Source: a virus. Taken from it: a stretch of 45,084 nucleotides of DNA. Positions 26,848 to 35,585 of this stretch are shown here, piece after piece; positions within the stretch are counted from its first letter, which is position 1; each line of letters starts with the position of its first letter. A program made the translations under genes and the position numbers. The stretch is taken from positions 1 through 45,084 of the IMG/VR virus record IMGVR_UViG_3300010935_000116; one strand, written 5' to 3'. A model generated the notes under the pieces. The model saw nothing but the letters and a program-made list of their open reading frames with translations, did no database searches and was not told the DNA's origin.

Positions 26848-27275
26848 TAAAAAGGCAAATCATCAGGTTCTTCATCATCCCCCGCCTGCGGCTTTGGTGC
26901 TGCCTGCTGTGTCGTTGTTTGCTGCGCCGTGTTTTGTCCCTGGCTTCTATCGTTTTTCAAAAAAGTAAAGTCTTCAATATAAATTTCTGTACTGTACTTT
27001 TCTACACCTGCATTATCAGTCCATTTTCTGTATCTAATTGAACCCTGCACAGCAACCTGGTCGCCTTTTTTTACGTACTTTTCAAAAACTTCCGCCTGTT
27101 TGTTTCTTACGATACAGGTATGCCATTGCGTTTCCTTTACTTTTTCACCTGTTTGCTTATTGGTGTAGCTGCTACTGGTAGCAAGTGGGAAACGACCTAA
27201 ACAGCCGCCGCCCTCAAAATGATGCATTTTTACATCATCGCCAGTATTTCCGATTAATACTACTAAATTTTTCAT
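26847..27275 (-). CDS. ssb: Single-stranded DNA-binding protein
   Basis: OB-fold pattern (LIGNTG.D...... ...F.LA......W H.CIV..K.AE....Y..KGD.V.V.G......W), a Q/P-rich linker and an acidic DDEEPDDLPF tail. Confidence 0.9.
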   Translation of the reverse strand: MKNLVVLIGNTGDDVKMHHFEGGGCLGRFPLATSSSYTNKQTGEKVKETQWHTCIVRNKQAEVFEKYVKKGDQVAVQGSIRYRKWTDNAGVEKYSTEIYIEDFTFLKNDRSQGQNTAQQTTTQQAAPKPQAGDDEEPDDLPF

Positions 27276-27886
27276 TCTTCTATACGTGTTAATTTTATAA
27301 ATTCTAAGGTGCTTTTAATACCTGTGTTATCGGGGTGCGGGTCGTGTGCCATTTTACCGTTCTGATAAATACATACGTGAAAATGCGCTGCATCCCTTGG
27401 GCTGCCACCTATTACCAAATACAGTTCATCATTGCTAAGATGCCCGCTTATGTTTTCAATCATCCAGCCACGTTCCAGCAGCCAGTTTTTTAATACTTCC
27501 GTCCATTGCTTATCATCATCATAAGCATCGTAATGCTCCTGTATCTGTATTACTTCCTCGGGGTTTGTTGCGCCTATTATGCAGGCTATTACCGTGGCGT
27601 AACAGTTACCCGATTGGTCTTTTGTTGTAAGGCGTGTCTGCTTATGCGGTATGTAGTCAATTATAGGCGTTTCGCTGTGTAGGCTTACAGGTTGCAAAGG
27701 CTGGTTAAAAGTAAGCTGCATTAAGTGTATGCGCTTGGTTTCAATTACCTGCTGCACTTCCTCGTCTGTAAGTTCCCAGCAGGTTACAACTTGCCCCTCG
27801 GGGTTTCGCCAAGCTGGCAGCGGCTGGTAATCTTCTTGCCCCTCGCCGTAAGTAATATTCGTGTGTCTTGTTTTAACTGGTTTCAT
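27272..27886 (-). CDS. Hypothetical two-domain protein
   Basis: 204-aa ORF. The C-terminal half has GNCYATVIAC and HFHVCIYQNGKMAHDPHP, a possible Cys/His pair. No firm assignment. Confidence 0.5.
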   Translation of the reverse strand: MKPVKTRHTNITYGEGQEDYQPLPAWRNPEGQVVTCWELTDEEVQQVIETKRIHLMQLTFNQPLQPVSLHSETPIIDYIPHKQTRLTTKDQSGNCYATVIACIIGATNPEEVIQIQEHYDAYDDDKQWTEVLKNWLLERGWMIENISGHLSNDELYLVIGGSPRDAAHFHVCIYQNGKMAHDPHPDNTGIKSTLEFIKLTRIEE

Positions 27887-28127
27887 CTTTCTTGTTTGGT
27901 TTTAAGTAATTTTTGTTAATGTAAATAAGCCCCTTTTTTACGTAGTTTAATGGCATCCAAAAAGGAAACAATAAAATGCTCCATTTTATACAAAAAAAAA
28001 CAAAGTAAAAAAAAGCAGGTACAAGCAGCCAGTAATATATCCAGCCCTGCGAAAATACCGATACGTCATACATAAAGGTTTCCCACAAAAAAGCCAAGTA
28101 GCTTTCAAAAAAATCGTTTAGTTTCAT
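27873..28127 (-). CDS. Small membrane protein
   Basis: 84 aa with two strongly hydrophobic aromatic-rich segments. Confidence 0.5.
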   Translation of the reverse strand: MKLNDFFESYLAFLWETFMYDVSVFSQGWIYYWLLVPAFFYFVFFCIKWSILLFPFWMPLNYVKKGLIYINKNYLKPNKKDETS

Positions 28128-28510
28128 AGTGTTTTTATATCTAAGTTCTTACTGGCGTGGTCTGCTACCTCTAAAGGTGTCATTCCTTTTTTTAGCAACT
28201 TTAAAAGTTCCTGCGCATCCGCTTCTGCGTTGTATTTTGTTTGCATTATTAAATCAACTTTAAGCAGCAGGCAGTCCCAATGAAATGCTGCAATAATTTC
28301 ATCCCCGTAACCTTTGCCTTTACAAAACGCTTTCCAGCTTCCTTTCAGCCTTATAAATTCCTTTTCAGTAATTACGTTCCAGTCCAGTTTTTTTTCTTCA
28401 AAATAGCAAATTGAGTAAAAGGCATTAATATAGCCCTTAAGCTTAATCTGTATCTTTTCTAATTCCTTGCGCTGCGCCCTTGCTTGGCTACTTCTGTTTT
28501 TCTTACCCAT
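28124..28510 (-). CDS. Hypothetical protein
   Basis: 128-aa ORF overlapping both neighbours. Confidence 0.55.
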   Translation of the reverse strand: MGKKNRSSQARAQRKELEKIQIKLKGYINAFYSICYFEEKKLDWNVITEKEFIRLKGSWKAFCKGKGYGDEIIAAFHWDCLLLKVDLIMQTKYNAEADAQELLKLLKKGMTPLEVADHASKNLDIKTL

Positions 28511-29243
28511 TTAATAAAGCTTTAAGTTTGTTTTTTGTATCAAGTGGGAAATCGCTACGTATTACCCAGTCTGCGTATTGCCTGTCGCTGGTAACTGGCT
28601 TATCCTTATGCTTACCAAAAGCCCAGCATACCACATTATCCTTAACGTACATTTTACCAGCGTAATCAAAACGCCCAGCTTCGCCTTGGCAATACTCGTC
28701 AATCTGCGCCGCTGTCATTGGTTCTTTAAATTTAGCCATTTGTGCAAATAACACGTCGGCGGTAGCCCTTACATCATTAAGCGCATCGTGTGCGCCGTCT
28801 AATTCCCTGCCAGTATAACGCTTGTAAGTATCTGTAAGCTTATGGCTGTTTAGTTTGCGCTCCAACTTAAGCACGTCCACAAAATTAATCGGCACGCCCG
28901 CAGCTGGGTACTCAATTTCAGCCCTGTTAAATTCCTCTATAAGCAAAGGCACATCAAAATTATCACTATTGTAGCCACCTATGTCGCACCCATTAAAAAT
29001 ATCGTAAAGGCTTTTAGCAATTTGCTTAAAAGTAGGCGCATCCTTAACCATTTCGTCGGTTATCCCGTGTACGTCTGTGGCGGCTTTTGGTATTGGCTGC
29101 CCTGGGTTTATTAATCGGTTTGCAGTTTCCTGCTCGCCCTGTTCGTTTATTTTTAGGATTGCAATTTGCACTATCCTGTCCGTGCTGGTATTTACGCCTG
29201 TGGTTTCAAGGTCAAAAAATACTATCGGCTTTTCTATTTTCAT
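28503..29243 (-). CDS. DnaQ-like 3'-5' exonuclease (DEDDh)
   Basis: Exo I is VFFDLETTG, Exo II is GYNSDNFDVPLL and Exo III is GAHDALNDVRATADV. Confidence 0.85.
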   Translation of the reverse strand: MKIEKPIVFFDLETTGVNTSTDRIVQIAILKINEQGEQETANRLINPGQPIPKAATDVHGITDEMVKDAPTFKQIAKSLYDIFNGCDIGGYNSDNFDVPLLIEEFNRAEIEYPAAGVPINFVDVLKLERKLNSHKLTDTYKRYTGRELDGAHDALNDVRATADVLFAQMAKFKEPMTAAQIDEYCQGEAGRFDYAGKMYVKDNVVCWAFGKHKDKPVTSDRQYADWVIRSDFPLDTKNKLKALLNG

Positions 29244-29677
29244 CGGTAATCAGTTTTAAGTAATTCAATAATAAAAAGGTTTGTTTTATAAATACGCATA
29301 AGCTGCCGCTTACCCGTTTCCCATTGTTCGTGATGCTTATAGCATAAGATATTTACATTGCGTGGGTCGTGCGCTATTTCGGGGCGTGAGCCACGTGTAA
29401 GAATATGGCTAATAAATACGCTGCTGTAATTGTGCAGGGGCTTGGCGCATTCCTCGCAATAGTTTGCTTTATTGTCCCAGCACCAGTAATAAAATCGCTG
29501 GTTTGCTTTTACCACATCGCCCTTACTTAGCAAACTTTTGCCAAATATTTCACGCTGCAAATCAATCCGCAGCTGTACAGGTAGCTTAAACTTTTTCCAA
29601 TCCTGTAAAGGCTGGTAGTCCCTGCTTACTGCATACCTGTACTCGTCTGCGTTTGATATGATAATTGGTAACTGCAA
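29240..29677 (-). CDS. HNH-like endonuclease (candidate)
   Basis: CEEC ... SHILTRGSRPEIAHDPRNVNILCYKHHEQWE fits a CxxC plus H-N-H beta-beta-alpha-metal layout. Confidence 0.5.
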   Translation of the reverse strand: MQLPIIISNADEYRYAVSRDYQPLQDWKKFKLPVQLRIDLQREIFGKSLLSKGDVVKANQRFYYWCWDNKANYCEECAKPLHNYSSVFISHILTRGSRPEIAHDPRNVNILCYKHHEQWETGKRQLMRIYKTNLFIIELLKTDYR

Positions 29678-30346
29678 TTATTCTTCCTCGTCTTTGGCTG
29701 CATCTGCCGCCGTCATTGCTTCCTCTGCTTGGTCGAGTAAATCCTGCTGCCCGCCTGTGTCGCCAGCTGCTGCCATTTTACCGTCCACGGCATCATCATC
29801 AAAAGCCATTTCCAGCTGTGCCTGCTTGCCGTTCATAACGTACTCAAATACTTCGCCCTCTAAATCGGTCATTAAATCTTCAAGGTCTTCCTCAAAGCCG
29901 TATTTCGTGCCGTTAAATTTAATACGCTGGCTATTAATAGCAGTTTCGTGTCCCGTTTCTGTTTTAAGCTTACCAGTAATGATAATACCACGGTTTTCAT
30001 CCTTGCCGCTTATGCTTACACCAGTAACAGTAATCTTATTCTTAAGCAGGCTAAACTTTTCATTTAAGATAACTGCCTGCGGTGCTGTTGCCCCGAACAC
30101 ATTACTATCACGTAATTCGTTTAAAATGCTGAAATAAAATATTTCTGCCATATAACCACGGCACACGTCCAGCACTTCCTTAAGGTCGGGGTGCGGGCTT
30201 TTATCTGATTTTACATTTTTAACATCGTGGTAAACTTCTACGCCAGTAGTTTCTTCCACTTCAAAATTAACCTCTAAGCCCTGCCCTTTGGTCTTTACTT
30301 TTTGCAGCGTAAACTGCGCTAATTGTGTGTCTTTCATTTTTGACAT
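29678..30346 (-). CDS. Hypothetical protein with a long acidic C-terminal tail
   Basis: 222 aa. The last 50 aa or so are D/E/A-rich and end AADAAKDEEE. Confidence 0.55.
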   Translation of the reverse strand: MSKMKDTQLAQFTLQKVKTKGQGLEVNFEVEETTGVEVYHDVKNVKSDKSPHPDLKEVLDVCRGYMAEIFYFSILNELRDSNVFGATAPQAVILNEKFSLLKNKITVTGVSISGKDENRGIIITGKLKTETGHETAINSQRIKFNGTKYGFEEDLEDLMTDLEGEVFEYVMNGKQAQLEMAFDDDAVDGKMAAAGDTGGQQDLLDQAEEAMTAADAAKDEEE

Positions 30347-30568
30347 TTATTTAGTTTTGTTCTTATCAAACGGCTGATAAAAACCTTGTTGATATAGCTG
30401 AACCGCCCAGCCTTTTGCTTCAAATAATTTCTTTGCTTTTAGTGCTTCCTCGTAAACCATATCTTTCTGCTTTTCGGGCTGCCCTTTTTTGCGTGCCACT
30501 ATTGTAATGGTTACGCCTGCCAGTATTTGCGCCGTAGTAGGCTGCTTACTATTCTTCCTCGCTGCCAC
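30347..30568 (-). CDS. Hypothetical small protein
   Basis: 73-aa ORF that abuts the next start. Confidence 0.5.
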   Translation of the reverse strand: MAARKNSKQPTTAQILAGVTITIVARKKGQPEKQKDMVYEEALKAKKLFEAKGWAVQLYQQGFYQPFDKNKTK

Positions 30569-31445
30569 TTAGTTCTTCATTTACATATTTCTTAAGCGTT
30601 GCACGGTACTGGTCGCCCTCGGTTTCTTCCTGCGCCTGTAATTCTTCGTATGCTTCAAAATCAAATATATCATCTAAAGCATCCGTACAAAGCTTATGCA
30701 GTTTTTCGGGTATTACCGCATCCAGTTCCACCTGCCCCAAGCCGTCCCAGTTTGCGCTTCGGCTATCCCCTGGCTTAATTGGTGCGTGCGGTAAATTCCA
30801 ATCAATTACCTGCTGCTCCATTAATGCAATACGGCGCACTTCTACAGGTATGCCAAAATTTAAAAGGTTTTGTTCTATACTGCGGGGTATGTCTTCGCCA
30901 CTTGGGTCGTAGTCCCCGAAATATAATATAATAGGCTTTTTTCCGTTCCTTGCTGCGTGCTTAAAGCGTTCTGCTGCTTCGTTTAAAAAGGTTAAACTTG
31001 GGTAGCCTTTACAAGCACCAAGTGCCACATCGTAATCGCTGCAAGGTGTAGAAAAAACGCCCTGCAAAGCTTTCTTTTCAATAAATACTTCGGGATAATA
31101 AACTTGATTTTCCCACCTGTTTTTCGAGTAGTATTTCATCCACCTGCCTATCGCACCTTTTGCGTACTCAATTTCATCCACTACATCGGTAACATCATAA
31201 TCAGTTTTACCAATCATTTCCCTGTCATTATCGCTAAAAGTTTCAAAGCTTATAACACCATCCCAGCGGGCTTGTATCATTGCAGAAACTACCCTTTTGT
31301 AGTGCCTTGTAGTATTTGTCATTCCTAAGCCTACAAGCTGGTAATGCAGCCCCCTTATAGTTAAAACGCCGTCGGCGTACCTGCTTACTACTTCTTTGCT
31401 GTTTTCTATTATCCAGCTGCGTGTAAATTGGTCTTGTTTTGCCAT
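30549..31445 (-). CDS. Topoisomerase VI subunit A / Spo11-like protein (Mini-A-type)
   Basis: 298 aa. It has a winged-helix Tyr region (LTIRGLHYQLV), EVFIEKKALQGVF (compare vEK.a.f), ACKGYPSLTFLNEAAERF (compare GyP...tr.fl) and the Toprim motif ILYFGDYDPSGEDI (compare D.DP.G..I). Confidence 0.6.
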   Translation of the reverse strand: MAKQDQFTRSWIIENSKEVVSRYADGVLTIRGLHYQLVGLGMTNTTRHYKRVVSAMIQARWDGVISFETFSDNDREMIGKTDYDVTDVVDEIEYAKGAIGRWMKYYSKNRWENQVYYPEVFIEKKALQGVFSTPCSDYDVALGACKGYPSLTFLNEAAERFKHAARNGKKPIILYFGDYDPSGEDIPRSIEQNLLNFGIPVEVRRIALMEQQVIDWNLPHAPIKPGDSRSANWDGLGQVELDAVIPEKLHKLCTDALDDIFDFEAYEELQAQEETEGDQYRATLKKYVNEELSGSEEE

Positions 31446-31447
31446 AT

Positions 31448-31894
31448 TTAAGATATTATATTACTTGGTTCATCAATGTAAACGCCAAATTCCTGCGCTC
31501 CTAATTCTTTCAAATGCTCTATAAAAAAAACTAACTGCTGGTTATCCAGCTGCTCCACTTTTACCGTTTCGCTTTCCCATTTGCCTGTATCAAAATTGTA
31601 GGTTTCTTTTTGGCATATAGGGCTTAACTGGCAAAGCTTTTCATCTGTCTGCGCTAAAGTGTAACGCTCGCCCATAACATCAAAGTAAGCACGGCAAAAG
31701 TCTGCCACTACTTTCTTTTTATAATACACCAGCAGCGGCACACTAAGCGGCTGCGTTTTATGTATGTTAATTTCAATAGTAAAAAAAGTGTTTTTCCAGT
31801 TCTGAAAGTGCTGCACCATTTCCTGCTTATTAGCAATAAGAAACTGCCCGCTGCTATTCGTTTGTCCGTGTAGTATTAAATCCCTGCGCTTCAT
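31448..31894 (-). CDS. Hypothetical protein
   Basis: 148-aa ORF with an ATGA overlap to the upstream small ORF. Confidence 0.55.
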   Translation of the reverse strand: MKRRDLILHGQTNSSGQFLIANKQEMVQHFQNWKNTFFTIEINIHKTQPLSVPLLVYYKKKVVADFCRAYFDVMGERYTLAQTDEKLCQLSPICQKETYNFDTGKWESETVKVEQLDNQQLVFFIEHLKELGAQEFGVYIDEPSNIIS

Positions 31895-32055
31895 ACTTGG
31901 CTTTTTGGAAAATTACTTGGTTTTTGCATACCCATTTTGCTAAGTATTTTTTCAGCAGATGCATAACAAACATCATAATCTAATACACCAGCTGCGTTAA
32001 TTATATGCGCTATTTCGTTTCGTTTTTTTTGATAATATAAATAAGATTTACTCAT
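31891..32055 (-). CDS. Small ORF below the track threshold (54 aa)
   Basis: My own translation gives MSKSYLYYQKKRNEIAHIINAAGVLDYDVCYASAEKILSKMGMQKPSNFPKSQV. It has ATGA overlaps at both ends (32052..32055 and 31891..31894). Confidence 0.5.
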   Translation of the reverse strand: MSKSYLYYQKKRNEIAHIINAAGVLDYDVCYASAEKILSKMGMQKPSNFPKSQV

Positions 32056-32390
32056 AATTTCTCGCTTATCATTTTAATAATGCCCTGCATTTTTACTGCA
32101 TACCATTCCTCAAAGTCTTGGTCTTTAATTTTTGCAAACCAGTATTCGTATAGCGCACCACGCAGCTGCTTGCTTGGGCTTTTACCGTCCGTGCTTACGC
32201 CTACTTTATTATCCTGCATTACCGCCAGCATTTCCTGCGCCAGCTTATCGGGGTTGAAATAAAGAAACCCCTGCGCCTTATCCATTTGTATAGCTTCCAG
32301 CTGGTTTATTTCGCCGTCCACAGCAAAGGTAATGCGTGTCTGTGTTTTTTGCTTTTCGGTACTTACGTGCCTTGCTTCAAGTGTTATCAT
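32052..32390 (-). CDS. Hypothetical protein, first gene after promoter repeat D
   Basis: 112-aa ORF preceded by AAACGAGAGCAAAATG. Confidence 0.55.
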   Translation of the reverse strand: MITLEARHVSTEKQKTQTRITFAVDGEINQLEAIQMDKAQGFLYFNPDKLAQEMLAVMQDNKVGVSTDGKSPSKQLRGALYEYWFAKIKDQDFEEWYAVKMQGIIKMISEKL

Positions 32391-32442
32391 TTTGCTCTCG
32401 GTTTGATAGGGGCTAAGTTAAACATTTTTTTTAATTGTCCTA
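32391..32442 (-). promoter_or_regulatory. Promoter/operator-like repeat, degenerate copy D
   Basis: The minus strand reads GGACAATTAAAAAAAATGTTTAACTTAGCCCCTATCAAACGAGAGCAAAATG. The layout matches copies A-C but the upstream TTG is missing. Confidence 0.4.
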
Positions 32443-32634
32443 CCCGTTAAAATTCTTTCTTAGTATGCTGCTCGTTTTTAAGGGGCAGCTGGTTATGCCA
32501 GTTTTATGATCTACGGTATCATCTACGTGGCTGCAAATGCTGTCTTTGTAATATTGGCAATTTAAGCCTGCGCACCTGTTAAAGTCTGCCAGTTCCCTGC
32601 GCCTGTTTAATTCGGCATCGTCTTGGCTTTCCAT
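32440..32634 (-). CDS. Small Cys-rich protein
   Basis: 64 aa with five Cys residues (CAGLNCQYYKDSICSH...SCP). Confidence 0.5.
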   Translation of the reverse strand: MESQDDAELNRRRELADFNRCAGLNCQYYKDSICSHVDDTVDHKTGITSCPLKTSSILRKNFNG

Positions 32635-32636
32635 AA

Positions 32637-32834
32637 TTAAAAAAGTGGCGGCTGGTCTATTTCAAGTATCGCCTTATCAAATGCCCGTTCGGCTGCTTTG
32701 CTTTGCTGTAATACTTCCCTGTCCCGTGTTTTAAAATACTTAACCTGTAATCGGCGCATATCTTGCCCCAGCTGCACGATGTTTTTTAACTGGCTGCTTA
32801 CTTTTTCTCTCTCGTTTTCTGCTTGCTGTCCCAT
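32637..32834 (-). CDS. Hypothetical small protein
   Basis: 65-aa ORF. Confidence 0.5.
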   Translation of the reverse strand: MGQQAENEREKVSSQLKNIVQLGQDMRRLQVKYFKTRDREVLQQSKAAERAFDKAILEIDQPPLF

Positions 32835-32846
32835 TGTTTGCTTTAT

Positions 32847-33386
32847 TTAATTTTCATCTTTAAAAAGTTCCTTTTGTGCAGCTGGTGGCAGCTTTTCGAT
32901 TACCCAGTTTATATCCGTATTAAATTTAAGCCTGCCAAAGTGTACCAAGCAAAGCGCATCGCTACTCCATAAAGTTGCTTTTATTTCGGGGTAGTATTTT
33001 GCAGCTGCTGCCTTGTACCTGTTTTTACGGTCTTTCTTTTCTTCGCCTTTTTTACGCAGCTTAAGCCCAGCCTGCCAGCTTATAGGTGCTACCTGTACAA
33101 ATGGTATTTTGCACAGCGTTAATACGGTTTTTATTTGCTCGTAGTTTGCCAGCATTTTATCAATACCGAACTGCTTACCGCCGCTGTCTGCATCCCCTCG
33201 GTACTTGCTTACCTTTTCTAAAAAGCATATCGGTTTTTCGTAAGTGTCTTTCACGTAAGTAAGGTAATCGCTTAAGTCCGTTGCATTTTTTGGCATTTTT
33301 ACAGCAGTAACACCTGCCTTATAATTGTACAGGGCTATGCCGCCGCCTGCCCCTGGGTCTATTCCTATTATCGTTTTTGCTTCCAT
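32847..33386 (-). CDS. RuvC-like Holliday junction resolvase
   Basis: IIGIDPGAGGGIA (catalytic Asp), CFLEKV (Glu) and the C-terminal SSDALCLVHFG follow the RuvC-fold acidic residue order. Confidence 0.7.
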   Translation of the reverse strand: MEAKTIIGIDPGAGGGIALYNYKAGVTAVKMPKNATDLSDYLTYVKDTYEKPICFLEKVSKYRGDADSGGKQFGIDKMLANYEQIKTVLTLCKIPFVQVAPISWQAGLKLRKKGEEKKDRKNRYKAAAAKYYPEIKATLWSSDALCLVHFGRLKFNTDINWVIEKLPPAAQKELFKDEN

Positions 33387-33394
33387 TGCTCTCG

Positions 33395-34309
33395 TTATTT
33401 AATTACTGTTCGTATATCCTTTTTTTGCTCAATTAAATCATCAAATATTTCCCTTATGGTAATATTATTCTGCACGTTTTGCGCACGGTGCAGCAGCATA
33501 TCGCCAAGCTTGCCAGCCCTGCCCCTTTTTTGGCTATCGTGGTACTGTTCTGATATTGCTTTTCGCTCCCGCTTATCATTGCTTTGCTGGGCTATTTTAT
33601 AAGCCTTTTGTACTGCTATGCTTTTGGGTTTTGGCAGTTCATCAATCAAGCCCTGCGCCACAAATTCCTGCGCAAAAATTGAAAGTATAAAATGCGGGTG
33701 CGTGCCGTCTGCCTTGTAGTTTTCAAAAGCCTTGTAAATATCATTAAGAAATGAATTACGGTAGTGCGCTTTTTCTTCTGCCGTTACTACGTGTACAGGT
33801 GCAGGTAATGCCCTGCGAGCCTTAAACCAAACGCCGTTCTTTTTTGATTTGTAAGCGTTAAGTATCTTGGTAACGTATTCAAGGCTAAAAGCTTGGTAGT
33901 GGTTTTTATCGGGCTGCCCGTTTCTGTCTTTTGGTAGCCATTCATCCAGCTGCCCAACCAAAGCAAGTTCAAACGCAATTTTTACTTCCTTAAAAGTTAA
34001 ATCCTTGTAGTAGGTGCGCAGCGTAGTAAAGAACCTTACCGCATCGTACTTCATTATTTCAGCATTATCCCAGCTGCGTATGCCTACGTCCCTGCATATA
34101 AATTTACTGGCTACTGCTACCGTGTTAAGTAATTCCTTTTCGGGTACTGCCCTTATAGGCGTTTCAGATACACCAGCCTGCGCAATCATTAAATCATTTT
34201 CGCTAAGCTTAAGCTGCACAGTTTCATCTTGTAGTATGGTGCGCTTTTCTTCTAAATATTGGTTTTGCCTTACGGCTAAGGCATTGCCTTTTCGTTCTGC
34301 TGGTAACAT
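33395..34309 (-). CDS. Hypothetical replication-module protein
   Basis: 304-aa ORF directly after the initiator-like gene. No NTPase motif seen. Confidence 0.55.
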   Translation of the reverse strand: MLPAERKGNALAVRQNQYLEEKRTILQDETVQLKLSENDLMIAQAGVSETPIRAVPEKELLNTVAVASKFICRDVGIRSWDNAEIMKYDAVRFFTTLRTYYKDLTFKEVKIAFELALVGQLDEWLPKDRNGQPDKNHYQAFSLEYVTKILNAYKSKKNGVWFKARRALPAPVHVVTAEEKAHYRNSFLNDIYKAFENYKADGTHPHFILSIFAQEFVAQGLIDELPKPKSIAVQKAYKIAQQSNDKRERKAISEQYHDSQKRGRAGKLGDMLLHRAQNVQNNITIREIFDDLIEQKKDIRTVIK

Positions 34310-34321
34310 TGTTATCCTGTT

Positions 34322-35095
34322 TTACATTTTTAAATAAGCCTGCATATCTGCATCGCCTTTCATTATTTGCTCGTCTGATTTTTCAAGGCGCAGCTGGTTT
34401 TTATCCTTATCCCGTTCCATCCACGTGCGGGCAGTTGCTACCCAGCCCCGTGCCGTCCTTTTTTTATTGCTCGCTTCGCTCCAGTTGTTTATTTGCCTGT
34501 GGTAATATTCAATATCTACACCCAGCGCAGCGTGTTCTTTTAACTTGGTTTTAAATATACTAATTTCAAAATAAGCGGAATTTTTAAAAAGCGTGCTTTT
34601 GTTTGCGTTTGGTTTTTTACCAAATAAATCATCCTGCTGCTCTTTGGGCGTGGCGGTTTGCGCTTTTGGCGCAGACTGCGAAACGATATTATTAGGTTTA
34701 TTATTATTAGTTTTATTCTTATTTGTTTTAAAATCCTTGGATACTTGTTTTGGAATATTTTTAATACCAGTATTTAAAAAATTTAAAATCTTGTTTTCGA
34801 CGATTTTAAAATGCAGTTTAGCAGGCACTCCTTTAAGTTTTGTTTCTATAAAACCAGCATCAGTAAGTAGCTTAAGAGCCTTTTTTTGTAAGTGATAACT
34901 AAGCCCTGTATTATCTGCAATACTGTCCGCTGTGTTAAAGAAAAAACCGTCGTCGGTAGTTTCCCCTCGGTTATTAAAATACTCTGCTTTGTCTGCTAAG
35001 TCTGCAAGCATTAAAGCAGCTTCTATACTGGTGGCTTTGGCAATATGTTTATTTACTATCCAAAATGCGCCGTTTCCTAATATCTTTCCTATCAT
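34322..35095 (-). CDS. Replication initiator / replisome-organizer-like winged-helix protein (candidate)
   Basis: The N-terminal FFFNTADSIADNTGLSYHLQKKALKLLTDAGFIETKLKGVPAKLHFKI looks like a winged HTH. It is followed by an N/K-rich linker and a C-terminal W-rich segment. Confidence 0.45.
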   Translation of the reverse strand: MIGKILGNGAFWIVNKHIAKATSIEAALMLADLADKAEYFNNRGETTDDGFFFNTADSIADNTGLSYHLQKKALKLLTDAGFIETKLKGVPAKLHFKIVENKILNFLNTGIKNIPKQVSKDFKTNKNKTNNNKPNNIVSQSAPKAQTATPKEQQDDLFGKKPNANKSTLFKNSAYFEISIFKTKLKEHAALGVDIEYYHRQINNWSEASNKKRTARGWVATARTWMERDKDKNQLRLEKSDEQIMKGDADMQAYLKM

Positions 35096-35481
35096 AGTTT
35101 AACGGTTTTTTTATCTATAGCCCAGCCTTTTTCAATCATACCGAAAATATCAATATGGTTTTTTATAGCTATTTCATAAGTACTGTAATCAAGTGAAGAA
35201 AGCCCCAGCGTTTTATTAGCAAGATTGCTAAGTATTATTTGGTCGCCAAGGTCTATACCTAAATTATTCATAGCGTTACCAGTAATATCTTGGTAATCAT
35301 TAAGCGGGTTAAGTATTAGTCTGTAATGTTTTTTTGCATCGTAATTTTCATAATCTCTAAAATTACACATCAAATCATATAAATCCTCTGCGTTAAAAAC
35401 TCCAATTACATTTTCTGCTATTTGATAACTTACGCCTGCCATTACATAAGGCGCAAAGTGTTTTAATTCTAATTCATTCAT
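35092..35481 (-). CDS. Hypothetical protein
   Basis: The track ORF starts at TTG 35487. I prefer ATG 35481 (MNELELK...). Confidence 0.55.
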   Translation of the reverse strand: MNELELKHFAPYVMAGVSYQIAENVIGVFNAEDLYDLMCNFRDYENYDAKKHYRLILNPLNDYQDITGNAMNNLGIDLGDQIILSNLANKTLGLSSLDYSTYEIAIKNHIDIFGMIEKGWAIDKKTVKL

Positions 35482-35485
35482 AATC

Positions 35486-35532
35486 AAAAAAAGCTATCGC
35501 TTTCGGGGGTGCAGCCCCTACTCGCAATAGCT
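35486..35532 (-). terminator. Long two-tier hairpin plus U7 (terminator or attenuator)
   Basis: The minus transcript reads AGCUAUUGC-GAGU-AGGGGCUGCACCCCC-GAAA-GCGAUAGCU followed by UUUUUUU. The U-run ends 4 nt before the next ATG. Confidence 0.65.
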
Positions 35533-35585
35533 ATTAAAATATCTTAGTGTTCGAGTTCTGCACTACTCTTATGCAAATGTATAAA

